Source: Vicinamibacterales bacterium (GTDB taxonomy: Bacteria > Acidobacteriota > Vicinamibacteria > Vicinamibacterales > 2-12-FULL-66-21). Taken from it: a DNA stretch of 64,000 bases. The notes under the pieces were generated by a model. The model made no database searches and was not told where the DNA came from. It was given only the letters and a program-made list of their open reading frames with translations. Below, piece after piece: positions 8,265-16,483 of this stretch. The stretch spans positions 46,318 through 110,317 of the forward strand of contig DATJIW010000078.1 of NCBI GenBank assembly GCA_035492775.1, written 5' to 3'. The number at the start of each line of letters is the position of its first letter. Position 1 is the stretch's first letter. A program made the translations under genes and the position numbers.

Positions 8265-9797
8265 TCATTCCTTACTTGCGGGCTCGCGTTCAAGTTTGGC
8301 AAGAAATGCGCGAGCGACGACGGCCGGATCCTGATGTTCCTCGTCTACGGCGCGGTTCATCCGGCGCATCTCATCGGCGGTGAGCCGGCCGGCAAGCGAG
8401 GTCAGCGCGGCGCGCACGGCCGGATACCTGAGGAGCACGGATGTCCGGGCAAGCGGTACCGCGTCGTACGGCGGAAAATAATGCCGCGAGTCCTGCAGCA
8501 TCGAGAGGTCATATGCCGCGATGAGGCCGTTGGTGGCGTCGCCGGCGATGAGATCCACCTGGCGTTCGGCGAGCGCGCGATAAATGAGCGAGAGATCCAT
8601 CGCCCGCGGCGGCGCGGCGAATCGGAGGCCGTAGGTGCGCGACAGGCCCGGATAGCCGTCGGCGCGCTGCAGGAACTCGTACCCGAAGCCGGCGCGCCAC
8701 TCGGGCGCGTACTGGCGTACATCGTCGATCGTATGCAGGCCGAGCCGGCGGGCGTCGGCGCCACGCACGAGGATCGCAAACGTATTGTCGAACCCCAGCG
8801 GCGGCAGGACGGTGATCCCTCGATCGGCGTATTGCCTCCGCACGCGCTCCAGCACGCGAGCAGCGTCCGTCTCGGAAGCGTTCTTGAACACCGCGGTGTC
8901 AGCCGTGCCGGTGTATTCGACGTAGAGGTCGATGTCGCCGGACGACAGCGCGGTGTCGCAGATGAACGTGCCGCCCAGGTCCAGTCGCCGTCCTACCGAG
9001 TACCCCGTCTCGTGTTCGATCGCCTGCGCCAGCAGCTCGCCAAGGATGATCTGCTCGGTGAAATTCTTGGAGCCGACCGTGATCCTCGGCGCGGCCCGTC
9101 CCGTCATGGCGAGCGGTATCGTCAGGGCCGCGGCGAGGGCGGCGACCAGGGCCAGGCCAGGCACACGGCGGGAAACAATCAGGCGCTCGATGCCAAGCAA
9201 CAACCCATCGAGCACCAGCGCGAGCGCCGCGGCGGGTACGGCGCCCGCAAGCACCATCGTCGAATCGACCATCGAGAGGCCGCGGAAGATGTATTCGCCC
9301 AGACCGCCGGCTCCAACCGCGGCGGCAATCGTCGCCGTCCCGACGCCGATCACGACTGCGACGCGAATCCCGGCGACGATTGAAGGAAGCGCGAGCGGCA
9401 GCTGAACGCGCCAGAGGAGCTGCCGCGAGGACATGCCCAACGCCGTGCCGGCCTCGATCAAGACCGGGTCGATGCCGCGCATGCCGGTAATCGTCGTCCG
9501 AACGATCGGCAGCAGCGCATACAGGACCAACACCACGATGGCCACGCGCGCGCCGAGGCCGCCGACCAGCGGCAGCGGCAGCAGGAACCCGAACATGGCG
9601 AGACTCGGGATCGTTTGCGCGACGTTAGCCAGCCAGACAATCGGCGCACCGGCGCGCGGCCGGCGCACCGCGAGCAGGCCGGCCGGCACGCCGATCGCAA
9701 TGGCCGCAACCGTCGATATGCCGACGAGGCGGAGGTGCTGCAGGAGCAGCGAGAGAAGCTCCGCACGGTGGGCCGCCAGGAACCTCGTCAGCGTCAC
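8265..9797 (-). CDS. Osmoprotectant ABC transporter, fused permease + substrate-binding protein (OpuC/OpuB-like)
   Basis: The N-terminal half is a binding-protein-dependent permease (TIPSLAMFGFLLP..., EAGTALGMSSRQLLWRVQLPLALP). The C-terminal half is an OpuAC-type glycine-betaine-binding domain (ITVGSKNFTEQIILGELLAQAIE...DLYVEYTGTA). Confidence 0.85.
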   Translation of the reverse strand: MTLTRFLAAHRAELLSLLLQHLRLVGISTVAAIAIGVPAGLLAVRRPRAGAPIVWLANVAQTIPSLAMFGFLLPLPLVGGLGARVAIVVLVLYALLPIVRTTITGMRGIDPVLIEAGTALGMSSRQLLWRVQLPLALPSIVAGIRVAVVIGVGTATIAAAVGAGGLGEYIFRGLSMVDSTMVLAGAVPAAALALVLDGLLLGIERLIVSRRVPGLALVAALAAALTIPLAMTGRAAPRITVGSKNFTEQIILGELLAQAIEHETGYSVGRRLDLGGTFICDTALSSGDIDLYVEYTGTADTAVFKNASETDAARVLERVRRQYADRGITVLPPLGFDNTFAILVRGADARRLGLHTIDDVRQYAPEWRAGFGYEFLQRADGYPGLSRTYGLRFAAPPRAMDLSLIYRALAERQVDLIAGDATNGLIAAYDLSMLQDSRHYFPPYDAVPLARTSVLLRYPAVRAALTSLAGRLTADEMRRMNRAVDEEHQDPAVVARAFLAKLEREPASKE

Positions 9798-10570
9798 GAG
9801 TGGTTGGACGGCAGCACTGCACCCAGTTCGACGAGCGGAGCCAGGAGCGGCGTCACGCGTGGATCGGTGGAGCGCGCAAGCGCCCGGGGCGAGTCGTAGG
9901 CCGCAATGCAGCCGTCCGAGAGAACGCCGACCATGTCGGCGAGCGCGAACGCTTCGGCCATGTCGTGCGTGACGATCACGACCGTCTTGCGCAGGCGCGT
10001 CTGAATCCCGCGGAATTCGCGGTGAAGCTCAGACCGTGTCACCGGATCGAGTGCCCCGAACGGCTCGTCCATGAGCAGCAGCTCCGGGTCGGCGGCCAGT
10101 GCTCGGGCGACGCCCACGCGCTGGCGCTGCCCGCCCGACAGTTGCCGCACGTGGCGCTGTCCGAACGTGTTTGGCTCCAGCCCGACCAGCTGCAGCATTT
10201 CGCGCACCCGCGCGCTCGTTCTTCCCCTGTCCCATTTCAGGAGCGAGGGTACGACCGCGACGTTCTCCTCGACGGTCAGATGAGGAAACAGGCCGACGTC
10301 CTGGAGGACATAGCCGATTCCGCGCCTGAGCTGCAGCAGGTCCCAGTCTGTCGTCGCCCGTCCGAGAACGGAAACCGTTCCACCGTCAGGCAGGAGCAGG
10401 CCGTTGATAAGGCGCAGCATCGTGCTCTTGCCCGCGCCGCTGCGGCCGACGAGCGCAACGACGGCGCCGCGCGCAATCACCAGATCGATCCCGTCGAGTA
10501 CGCGCCCCGCTGGCGGACGCGCGTAATGGACGTGCTCGAACACAATCGCCGAGGCCTCCGGCGCCGCCAC
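9794..10570 (-). CDS. Osmoprotectant ABC transporter ATP-binding protein
   Basis: Walker A GRSGAGKST, signature LSGGQRQRVGVARAL, Walker B LLLMDEPFGALD. Stop/start overlaps the permease gene. Start placed at GTG 10568-10570 because upstream codons (ttt tcc tct gcc att cga cct...) are atypically T-ending; the start is uncertain (10570-10726). Confidence 0.8.
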   Translation of the reverse strand: MAAPEASAIVFEHVHYARPPAGRVLDGIDLVIARGAVVALVGRSGAGKSTMLRLINGLLLPDGGTVSVLGRATTDWDLLQLRRGIGYVLQDVGLFPHLTVEENVAVVPSLLKWDRGRTSARVREMLQLVGLEPNTFGQRHVRQLSGGQRQRVGVARALAADPELLLMDEPFGALDPVTRSELHREFRGIQTRLRKTVVIVTHDMAEAFALADMVGVLSDGCIAAYDSPRALARSTDPRVTPLLAPLVELGAVLPSNHS

Positions 10571-10628
10571 GACCCGGACTGTATCGCAGCGGTACGTAGT
10601 TTGGAAACAGTGACCAGGAGGAGGTCGA

Positions 10629-10868
10629 ATGGCAGAGGAAAAACGGCCGAACCGCGCGTCGAACATGGAACGTGCCGAAGGCGATCGCGAAACGGCACTG
10701 GCAAACGACAGATCGGACGATCGCACTGATGAGGGCGCCGCTCACCCGGGCATCACGAATCGGTCCGATGAAGAGGAGTCGACGAATCAGCAGCGGGTGC
10801 CGCCGCGCGGAAATTCGCGCGATCCAGTGATGCCCGACGAGGAGTCGACTATCAATACAAAGATTTGA
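10629..10868 (+). CDS. Small acidic, highly hydrophilic protein (79 aa), hypothetical
   Basis: ATG preceded by a strong SD CAGGAGGAGG (about 6 nt spacing). Sequence MAEEKRPNRASNMERAEGDRETALANDRSDDRTDEG...NRSDEEESTNQQ...PDEESTINTKI has no hydrophobic core. CCCTCGAGGGGTTTT follows the stop. Divergent from the osmoprotectant ABC operon. Confidence 0.45.
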   Translation: MAEEKRPNRASNMERAEGDRETALANDRSDDRTDEGAAHPGITNRSDEEESTNQQRVPPRGNSRDPVMPDEESTINTKI

Positions 10869-10921
10869 CGATAGCTGCCGATTGCGGCTCCCTCGAGGGG
10901 TTTTGCAAGGAGAATCTGCAA

Positions 10922-11596
10922 TCAGAAATTCACTACGACCCCGGCGCTGACGACCGGCAGTGTGATCCGCTTCGTCGGATCGAGACCGCCACTCTTGTCG
11001 CGTGACGAGACACGGGCGTCGGCGCGGAGTCCGGTGCGGCGACGGCCATGGCCAAACCAGTACTTCATGCCGCCGCCCGCGTGCAGTTCGGTCCCGTTCT
11101 GCGCGTCAACGCCCCCCGCGTCGAGCTGACGCAGGAACGCAGCGCCACCGAAAACGAAGGGCTGCAGCCGCCCACGGCCGAAATGGTACAGAGCGGAGCC
11201 GCCGATCAGATACTGCGTCGAGGTTTCGTCCGCGGTCGTATCCACGGCGCCTTCGAAATCGCCCGTGAGCCGCACCGCCAGCACGGGCCGTGTGAAGCTG
11301 CCCGCGCCCTCCAGCTCCACCGCTGGCGTCAGGTAAACGCCGACGCGTCCTTCGATCCCCACGGCGGGCTCCAGACTCGCCTGCGCCCGGAAGAGCGTCA
11401 ACGGCGTCGAACTGACGATTGGATTCGACGTCTCGGTCGCGCTCGTCGGCGCATCCGTTCGTCCACCGTTCAAAGTCACCGCCGCACCGATTTCCACGCT
11501 GCCGCGTCGCGGCAGCCCGGACACGTACTGGGCGTTAGCGCTGCCGGCAGCGCACACTCCGAGCACGGCGGCCAGCGCCACCGACCTCCCGATCAC
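10922..11596 (-). CDS. Outer-membrane beta-barrel protein (porin-family/OmpW-like)
   Basis: Signal peptide MIGRSVALAAVLGVCAAGSANAQ; alternating-hydrophobic strands rich in G/Y/F; C-terminal ...VVVNF (terminal Phe, as in OM barrels). ATGA overlap with the matrixin gene. Confidence 0.65.
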   Translation of the reverse strand: MIGRSVALAAVLGVCAAGSANAQYVSGLPRRGSVEIGAAVTLNGGRTDAPTSATETSNPIVSSTPLTLFRAQASLEPAVGIEGRVGVYLTPAVELEGAGSFTRPVLAVRLTGDFEGAVDTTADETSTQYLIGGSALYHFGRGRLQPFVFGGAAFLRQLDAGGVDAQNGTELHAGGGMKYWFGHGRRRTGLRADARVSSRDKSGGLDPTKRITLPVVSAGVVVNF

Positions 11597-12594
11597 TTCG
11601 CCACCACTTTGATTTCGACGCCCCGCGATGTGCCGCCGCGAGGGACGATGACGAGCTGCGGAGAGAAGGCGGGACGGAAGTCCATGTCGACGCGCATGCT
11701 CGCGTCGAAGAAACTGTCGGTGTCGGCATCGTCCAGCGGCTCGACGCGCAGCACGTAAACGCCCGGGTCGAGGGCGGCAATCACGAACGAGCCGTCCTCG
11801 GCCAGCGTGAAACCGGCGACGAGCTTGCCGCTGCCAGGCGAGTACGCGATGACGTGCGCGCCTGGAACGCCGGCACCGTTTTTGGTGACGCGGCCGGTGA
11901 TGCTGCCGGTTCGCTGCTCGATGGTCGTGTTCGAGTAGATGTCGGAAATCCCGGCAATGTCGTCGGCGTGCAGCGTGCGTTGATCGATGCTGCCGGGTGA
12001 AAAGGCGATCGGAAACATGACGGCCTCGCTCGCCAACACCCTTCGGCCGTCGGCGCGCAGTTCCGTCTCGCCGAGCGCCGAATGCCCCAGTCCGTGTAGA
12101 TGCCCGATCTCGTGGAGCGCGATCGACTCGACGTCGTAGTGCCCGGTCTCACCCGCCGGAGCGGTCGACCATGGAAACGTCGAGTTGAAGAAGACGTCGG
12201 CCTCGACGATCTCGCCGCTGACCATGTCCACTGTGAACGAGGTCGACCCGAGCACGCGATCGAGATCGGGCCGGTCCGCAAACCCGAGCACGGTCTGCGA
12301 CGTATTCTGCAGCGGCGAAACGGACGTAAAGCCGGCGAACTCCGCGCCCAGATGCACGTCGGGCGCCGCGGCCCACGTCGTAAACGCGCGGGCGATCGCG
12401 TCCTGAAGCTGCGGAGCCGTCACGCCGGGGACGTCGCGGTTCGTCACGAAGTAATGGATCGGCAGCGTGCCCCACTTGAGCGAGACGATCTCGCCCCGGA
12501 TGCGCGTTCCGAGCTTGAGATACGCACCGGCGTCTGCGGCCCAGCACGCCAGCACCACGAATGCCGTCACGCCGGCCACGACGGGCTTTCTCAT
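11593..12594 (-). CDS. Secreted matrixin-family (M10, metzincin) zinc metalloprotease with C-terminal CarboxypepD_reg-like domain
   Basis: Signal peptide; extended zinc motif HEIGHLHGLGHS (HExxHxxGxxH) followed by a Met-turn candidate (AVMFP). C-terminal GSITGRVTKNGAGVPGAHVIAY...VYVLRVEP beta-sandwich. No cysteine-switch propeptide visible. Confidence 0.8.
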   Translation of the reverse strand: MRKPVVAGVTAFVVLACWAADAGAYLKLGTRIRGEIVSLKWGTLPIHYFVTNRDVPGVTAPQLQDAIARAFTTWAAAPDVHLGAEFAGFTSVSPLQNTSQTVLGFADRPDLDRVLGSTSFTVDMVSGEIVEADVFFNSTFPWSTAPAGETGHYDVESIALHEIGHLHGLGHSALGETELRADGRRVLASEAVMFPIAFSPGSIDQRTLHADDIAGISDIYSNTTIEQRTGSITGRVTKNGAGVPGAHVIAYSPGSGKLVAGFTLAEDGSFVIAALDPGVYVLRVEPLDDADTDSFFDASMRVDMDFRPAFSPQLVIVPRGGTSRGVEIKVVAK

Positions 12595-13145
12595 CGGACG
12601 TTCTCGGCCAGCACCTGGCGCACGATGTTACGGAACTGTTCGATCGCGACCGGCCGCCGCGCCTCGTCGCCGCGGATGACCGGCTGCGCGTCCGTCATTC
12701 CCGGAAGGCCCATCACGGCGGGCGGAGTGACCAGACGCGCCGAACTTCCCGGCATGGCGACGACTCGGAATGCGCCCTGGCTGAGACCGACGATCGAGGG
12801 ATACGACGGTGCGCCCGTGCGGAGAAACAGGACCACTTCGTCGCCGCGCTGAAATACCGGGGCGCCGATCATGATGGTGCGATACCGCCCGAGCCTTCCT
12901 CCGGGAACCTGCACGGTGATCTCGGGCCCGAGATCACCCTTCAGGTATTCGTCCGCGCGCAGGGTCAGAAAGGTTTCGACAGAGCGACGGCCCGGCGACC
13001 AGTCGCTGCGCACGTCGATGACTTCGCCGTGGACGATGATCGGAGCTGTGGCGACGAGTTCGCGAAATGCAATCGGGACGAGAACGGTCGCGCGTGCGGC
13101 CGCGGCCGCAGCCACGACCAGCGCCGCGACGAGAAAGGCGCGCAT
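12591..13145 (-). CDS. Secreted hypothetical protein (184 aa), possible OB/beta-barrel partner of the matrixin
   Basis: Signal peptide MRAFLVAALVVAAAAAARA|TVLVP; beta-rich pattern; ATGA overlap with the matrixin start; 12-bp gap after lpxB. No family recognised. Confidence 0.6.
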   Translation of the reverse strand: MRAFLVAALVVAAAAAARATVLVPIAFRELVATAPIIVHGEVIDVRSDWSPGRRSVETFLTLRADEYLKGDLGPEITVQVPGGRLGRYRTIMIGAPVFQRGDEVVLFLRTGAPSYPSIVGLSQGAFRVVAMPGSSARLVTPPAVMGLPGMTDAQPVIRGDEARRPVAIEQFRNIVRQVLAENVR

Positions 13146-13157
13146 CGGGGCAGTGTA

Positions 13158-14333
13158 TCAGCGTCGCGGATCCGCTCCTGCGTTTGCCCGGGCCGCCGCC
13201 ACGATCAGTTCCGCCGCACGCCGGCTCGCACCTGGTTCGCCCAGGCGCGACCGGACGTCGGCAAGGTCGGCGCGGACCTTCGCGGCGTATCGACGGTCGC
13301 GCAGAATCCGCAGCGCCTCGGAGGCCGCCGCCGCCGGAGTGAACGCATCCTGAATCAGCTCCGGTACGACCGTTCGCCCGGCGATCAGATTCGCCATGGC
13401 GTAAGTGTCAACCGTCACGAGCGGCTTGCCGATCCGGTAGGTCAGAGGTGCGACGCGATAGACGACTACCATCGGGCATTCGTGCAGCGCCGCCTGCACG
13501 GTCACGGTGCCCGATGCGACGATCGCGACGTCGGCGCTCGCCAGCGTCGCATCAGCGGCCGCCGTCACGACGACCGGCCCTGTGGCGTGTGCCGGCCAGT
13601 CCTGCAACGGCGCGAACAGCGCGTCGTCCAGATGCGGCGCCCGCGGGATGATGTACTGCGCCTCGGGGACCGCCGCGGCAATGAGCGCAGCGGCCCGCAC
13701 CATGTCGGGCAGCAGCTGCTTCAATTCATTTCTGCGGCTGCCCGGCAGCAGCGCGACGACCGGCTGCCTGGGATCGAGCCCCAGGCCCCGGAGGAACTCG
13801 TCCCGGCTGACGCTCGGCCGCATGTCGAGGAGCGGATGCCCGACGAACGTCGACGGTACCCCCGCTGCCTCGAAAAATGCCGTCTCGAACGGGAAGATCA
13901 CCAGTACGCGGTCGACCACCCGTTTCATGGTCTTCACGCGTCCGGGACGCCAGGCCCACAGCTGCGGGCTGATGTAATAAATGACGGGAATCCGGCGCCG
14001 CTTGAGGGTCCGCGCGACAATCAGGTTGAAGTCGGGGAAATCGATCGGCACGAAGACGTGGGGACGCCGGGTTTCCGCGGCTCGCACCAGCCGCCGATAG
14101 AGCCGCCACGATCGCGGCAGCACGCGAAGCGCTTCGGCGAGTCCCGTCACCGACATCCCGCTGAAGCTGTCGATGAGCGATGCGCCGGCCTCACGCAGCC
14201 GTTCGCCCCCGAACCCCGTGATCTCCGCCTCGGGCTCGAGCTTCAGGATCTCTGCTGCGAGCGCACCGGCGTACAGATCACCGGACGGTTCGCCGCACGA
14301 GATCATGATGCGCAGCCGAGGGCCCGCAGTCAT
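13158..14333 (-). CDS. lpxB: Lipid-A-disaccharide synthase
   Basis: MISCGEPSGDLYAGALAAEI..., FVPIDFPDFNL, PQLWAWRPGR, ASGTVTVQAALHECPMVVVYR are typical LpxB motifs. Confidence 0.85.
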   Translation of the reverse strand: MTAGPRLRIMISCGEPSGDLYAGALAAEILKLEPEAEITGFGGERLREAGASLIDSFSGMSVTGLAEALRVLPRSWRLYRRLVRAAETRRPHVFVPIDFPDFNLIVARTLKRRRIPVIYYISPQLWAWRPGRVKTMKRVVDRVLVIFPFETAFFEAAGVPSTFVGHPLLDMRPSVSRDEFLRGLGLDPRQPVVALLPGSRRNELKQLLPDMVRAAALIAAAVPEAQYIIPRAPHLDDALFAPLQDWPAHATGPVVVTAAADATLASADVAIVASGTVTVQAALHECPMVVVYRVAPLTYRIGKPLVTVDTYAMANLIAGRTVVPELIQDAFTPAAAASEALRILRDRRYAAKVRADLADVRSRLGEPGASRRAAELIVAAARANAGADPRR

Positions 14334-16483
14334 CAGCTCGGACGCGTGAAGAGGCCGCCCGACAGCGCGACGTTGAAGTGGATCCTGCGGATATCGCGCT
14401 CGATCGCGCCCCCATCCGGGCGGCGGACGACCGTGTGAAACGGCACCTTGATCCCCTCGACGATGCGGTAGTCGCTGTATTCCTCGGTCGTGACGCCCGT
14501 TGGCGTGTCGTATTTGACGCGTTCGATGAGGCCCGTCTCATGGTTGACGAACAGCGTCACCGGTGCGAGGTCGCCGCCGCTGACGATGACGGCGTCGAAC
14601 GGCGCGTCGGCGTCGGCGCCTCGCACGACGAGCTCTCCGGCAGCCGCCTTGAGCAGCATCGGGATTGTGTCGCGCTGCAGCGCGTCGCGGATGGCATCCC
14701 GCACGGGAGCATCCGGTTCACCCACGCCGCGTGAGTCCTTGATCCAGTACGCACCGTCGGCGAAGACCTGTGTCAACGTCCCGGCCGGCGTCTCCACGTC
14801 CATCCGGAACCGTCCGGGATATTCAACGGACGTCGTCGTTGGCATCGCGACGGCGCCCTGCGGACCCGGCACCGACGTCGTCGCTTCGGCGCGGACGGTC
14901 CGGATGCCCTGCAGTTTCTTCAGGCCACCCTTCGCGGCGATGGCCCGCTGGATGACCGCCGACGGTTGTTCCTGATCGCGCGGTATCGTCATCGTCAGAG
15001 CTGCGGGACGAATCCCTCCGGCAGACGGATGCCTGCGAAGATCGGGCGAGTAGATGTCGAGCTCCGACGCCGGAATGCGCTCGAACTTGTCGAACCCTGC
15101 GCCGGGCAGCTGTTTGACGAACGAGTCCGCGTCGCCGACGAGCACGATCGTGAGACGGTCCGGGTACAGATACATCCGCGCGACACGCTGGATATCGCGG
15201 GTCGTGACCGCGTTCACCCGTTCACGATAGGTCTGCAGTTGATCGAGATCCAGGCCGTAGAACACGCCGTTCAGGATCTGCAGCGCGATCTGGCTCGGCG
15301 TCTCGATCGTGAGCGGAAACGAGCCCGTCGCGTACTCCTGCGCTCCGCTCAGCTCCCGATCGCCAACGGGATCGCGGGTGAGGCGCCAGACTTCGTCGAC
15401 CATCAGGCGCAGCGTCTCCCCTGTCGTCGCCGAGCGCGTGTTGGTCTGAGCCTCGATGTCGCCGGCCTGCTTCATCGCCGTGAGGTCGGCGGATGCGCCG
15501 TATGTCAGACCGCGCTCGCTTCGCAGGACGCGATGCAGCCGGTTCGCGCCTTCGCCGCCGAGGACCTTCACGGCGAGGTCGAGCGCGGTGTAGTCGGCGC
15601 TCTTGCGCGGAATGCCGATATTGCCCACGCGGATCTCCGTCTGCACCGCGCCTGGCTTGTCCACGACAACGACGCGCCTCACGGGAGGTGGCGGATCCAC
15701 CGGCGCGGGGGCATCAGCGGCAGCGCGCCCCCAGCCGCCAAATGCACGGGCGGCCCCCGCAAACGCCTCGTCCGGCGTGACGTCGCCGACGACTGCGAGA
15801 ATGGCATTGTTCGCGCCGAACCATTTCTGCTGGAACGCGATCAGGTCATCCCGCGTGATGGCGGCAACCGTCGCGGGAGTCCCCATCTGCGGCCGGCCGT
15901 ACGGGTGCTGGCCGTAGACCAGCCGGTTGAACACGATATTGGCGAGGTAGTCCGGGTCGTCGTACGACACCTGCATCCCGGACAGCATCTGCTGCCGCTG
16001 GCGTTCGATCTCCTCCGGCGCGAACGCCGGATGCTGGACGATGTCCGACACGAGATCGAAACCGAACGGCAGGCTGTCCTTCATCACGATCGCGTTGATG
16101 TAGGTCAGATCGGCGCCGGCGCCGGTATTGAGGACGCCGCCGATCGAATCGATCGCGTTCGCGACCTGCTCGGCCGACTTCGTCGTCGTGCCCTGGTCGA
16201 GGAGGGTTGCGACCAGGGCTGCGACGCCTGGTTTTGCGTCGGGATCCTGGGCGGGTCCGGCGCGCACGATCAGCCGCACGCTGACGACGGGTTCCTCGTG
16301 ATGCGAGACAGCGACCACCTGAAGTCCGTTCGGCAGCGTCCGGACCTCGTAGGGGGGAAACCTGACCGCATGAGCCGCCTGTGGACGTGGCGGCCGCTCG
16401 GTCGGCCACTTCGTCTCCTGTGCGGACGTCAGCGCCGCGATCCCGGCGAGCAGGGACGCGGCGATCCACGCGGTGCGCTTCAT
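14333..16483 (-). CDS. M16-family peptidase-like protein (no HxxEH motif) with ~250-aa C-terminal extension
   Basis: Signal peptide. Two M16 (insulinase) halves without a zinc-binding HxxEH motif (the non-catalytic partner type). Residues ~470-716 form an extra beta-rich domain (LolA/lipoprotein-sorting-like by pattern, inference). ATGA overlap with the upstream M16 gene. Confidence 0.8.
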   Translation of the reverse strand: MKRTAWIAASLLAGIAALTSAQETKWPTERPPRPQAAHAVRFPPYEVRTLPNGLQVVAVSHHEEPVVSVRLIVRAGPAQDPDAKPGVAALVATLLDQGTTTKSAEQVANAIDSIGGVLNTGAGADLTYINAIVMKDSLPFGFDLVSDIVQHPAFAPEEIERQRQQMLSGMQVSYDDPDYLANIVFNRLVYGQHPYGRPQMGTPATVAAITRDDLIAFQQKWFGANNAILAVVGDVTPDEAFAGAARAFGGWGRAAADAPAPVDPPPPVRRVVVVDKPGAVQTEIRVGNIGIPRKSADYTALDLAVKVLGGEGANRLHRVLRSERGLTYGASADLTAMKQAGDIEAQTNTRSATTGETLRLMVDEVWRLTRDPVGDRELSGAQEYATGSFPLTIETPSQIALQILNGVFYGLDLDQLQTYRERVNAVTTRDIQRVARMYLYPDRLTIVLVGDADSFVKQLPGAGFDKFERIPASELDIYSPDLRRHPSAGGIRPAALTMTIPRDQEQPSAVIQRAIAAKGGLKKLQGIRTVRAEATTSVPGPQGAVAMPTTTSVEYPGRFRMDVETPAGTLTQVFADGAYWIKDSRGVGEPDAPVRDAIRDALQRDTIPMLLKAAAGELVVRGADADAPFDAVIVSGGDLAPVTLFVNHETGLIERVKYDTPTGVTTEEYSDYRIVEGIKVPFHTVVRRPDGGAIERDIRRIHFNVALSGGLFTRPS

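Noticed and set aside
5516-8383. 544-aa and 404-aa plus-strand ORFs (5516-7150, 7169-8383)
   Set aside because: They are antisense to acnA, which is unambiguous. They are shadow ORFs.
10629-10726. Longer N-terminus for the ABC ATPase (track start 10726 or ATG 10666)
   Set aside because: Codon usage in that stretch is atypically T-ending for this genome, and it overlaps an opposite-strand ORF with a very strong SD. GTG 10570 gives a normal ABC N-terminus. This is not proven, so the start is flagged as uncertain.
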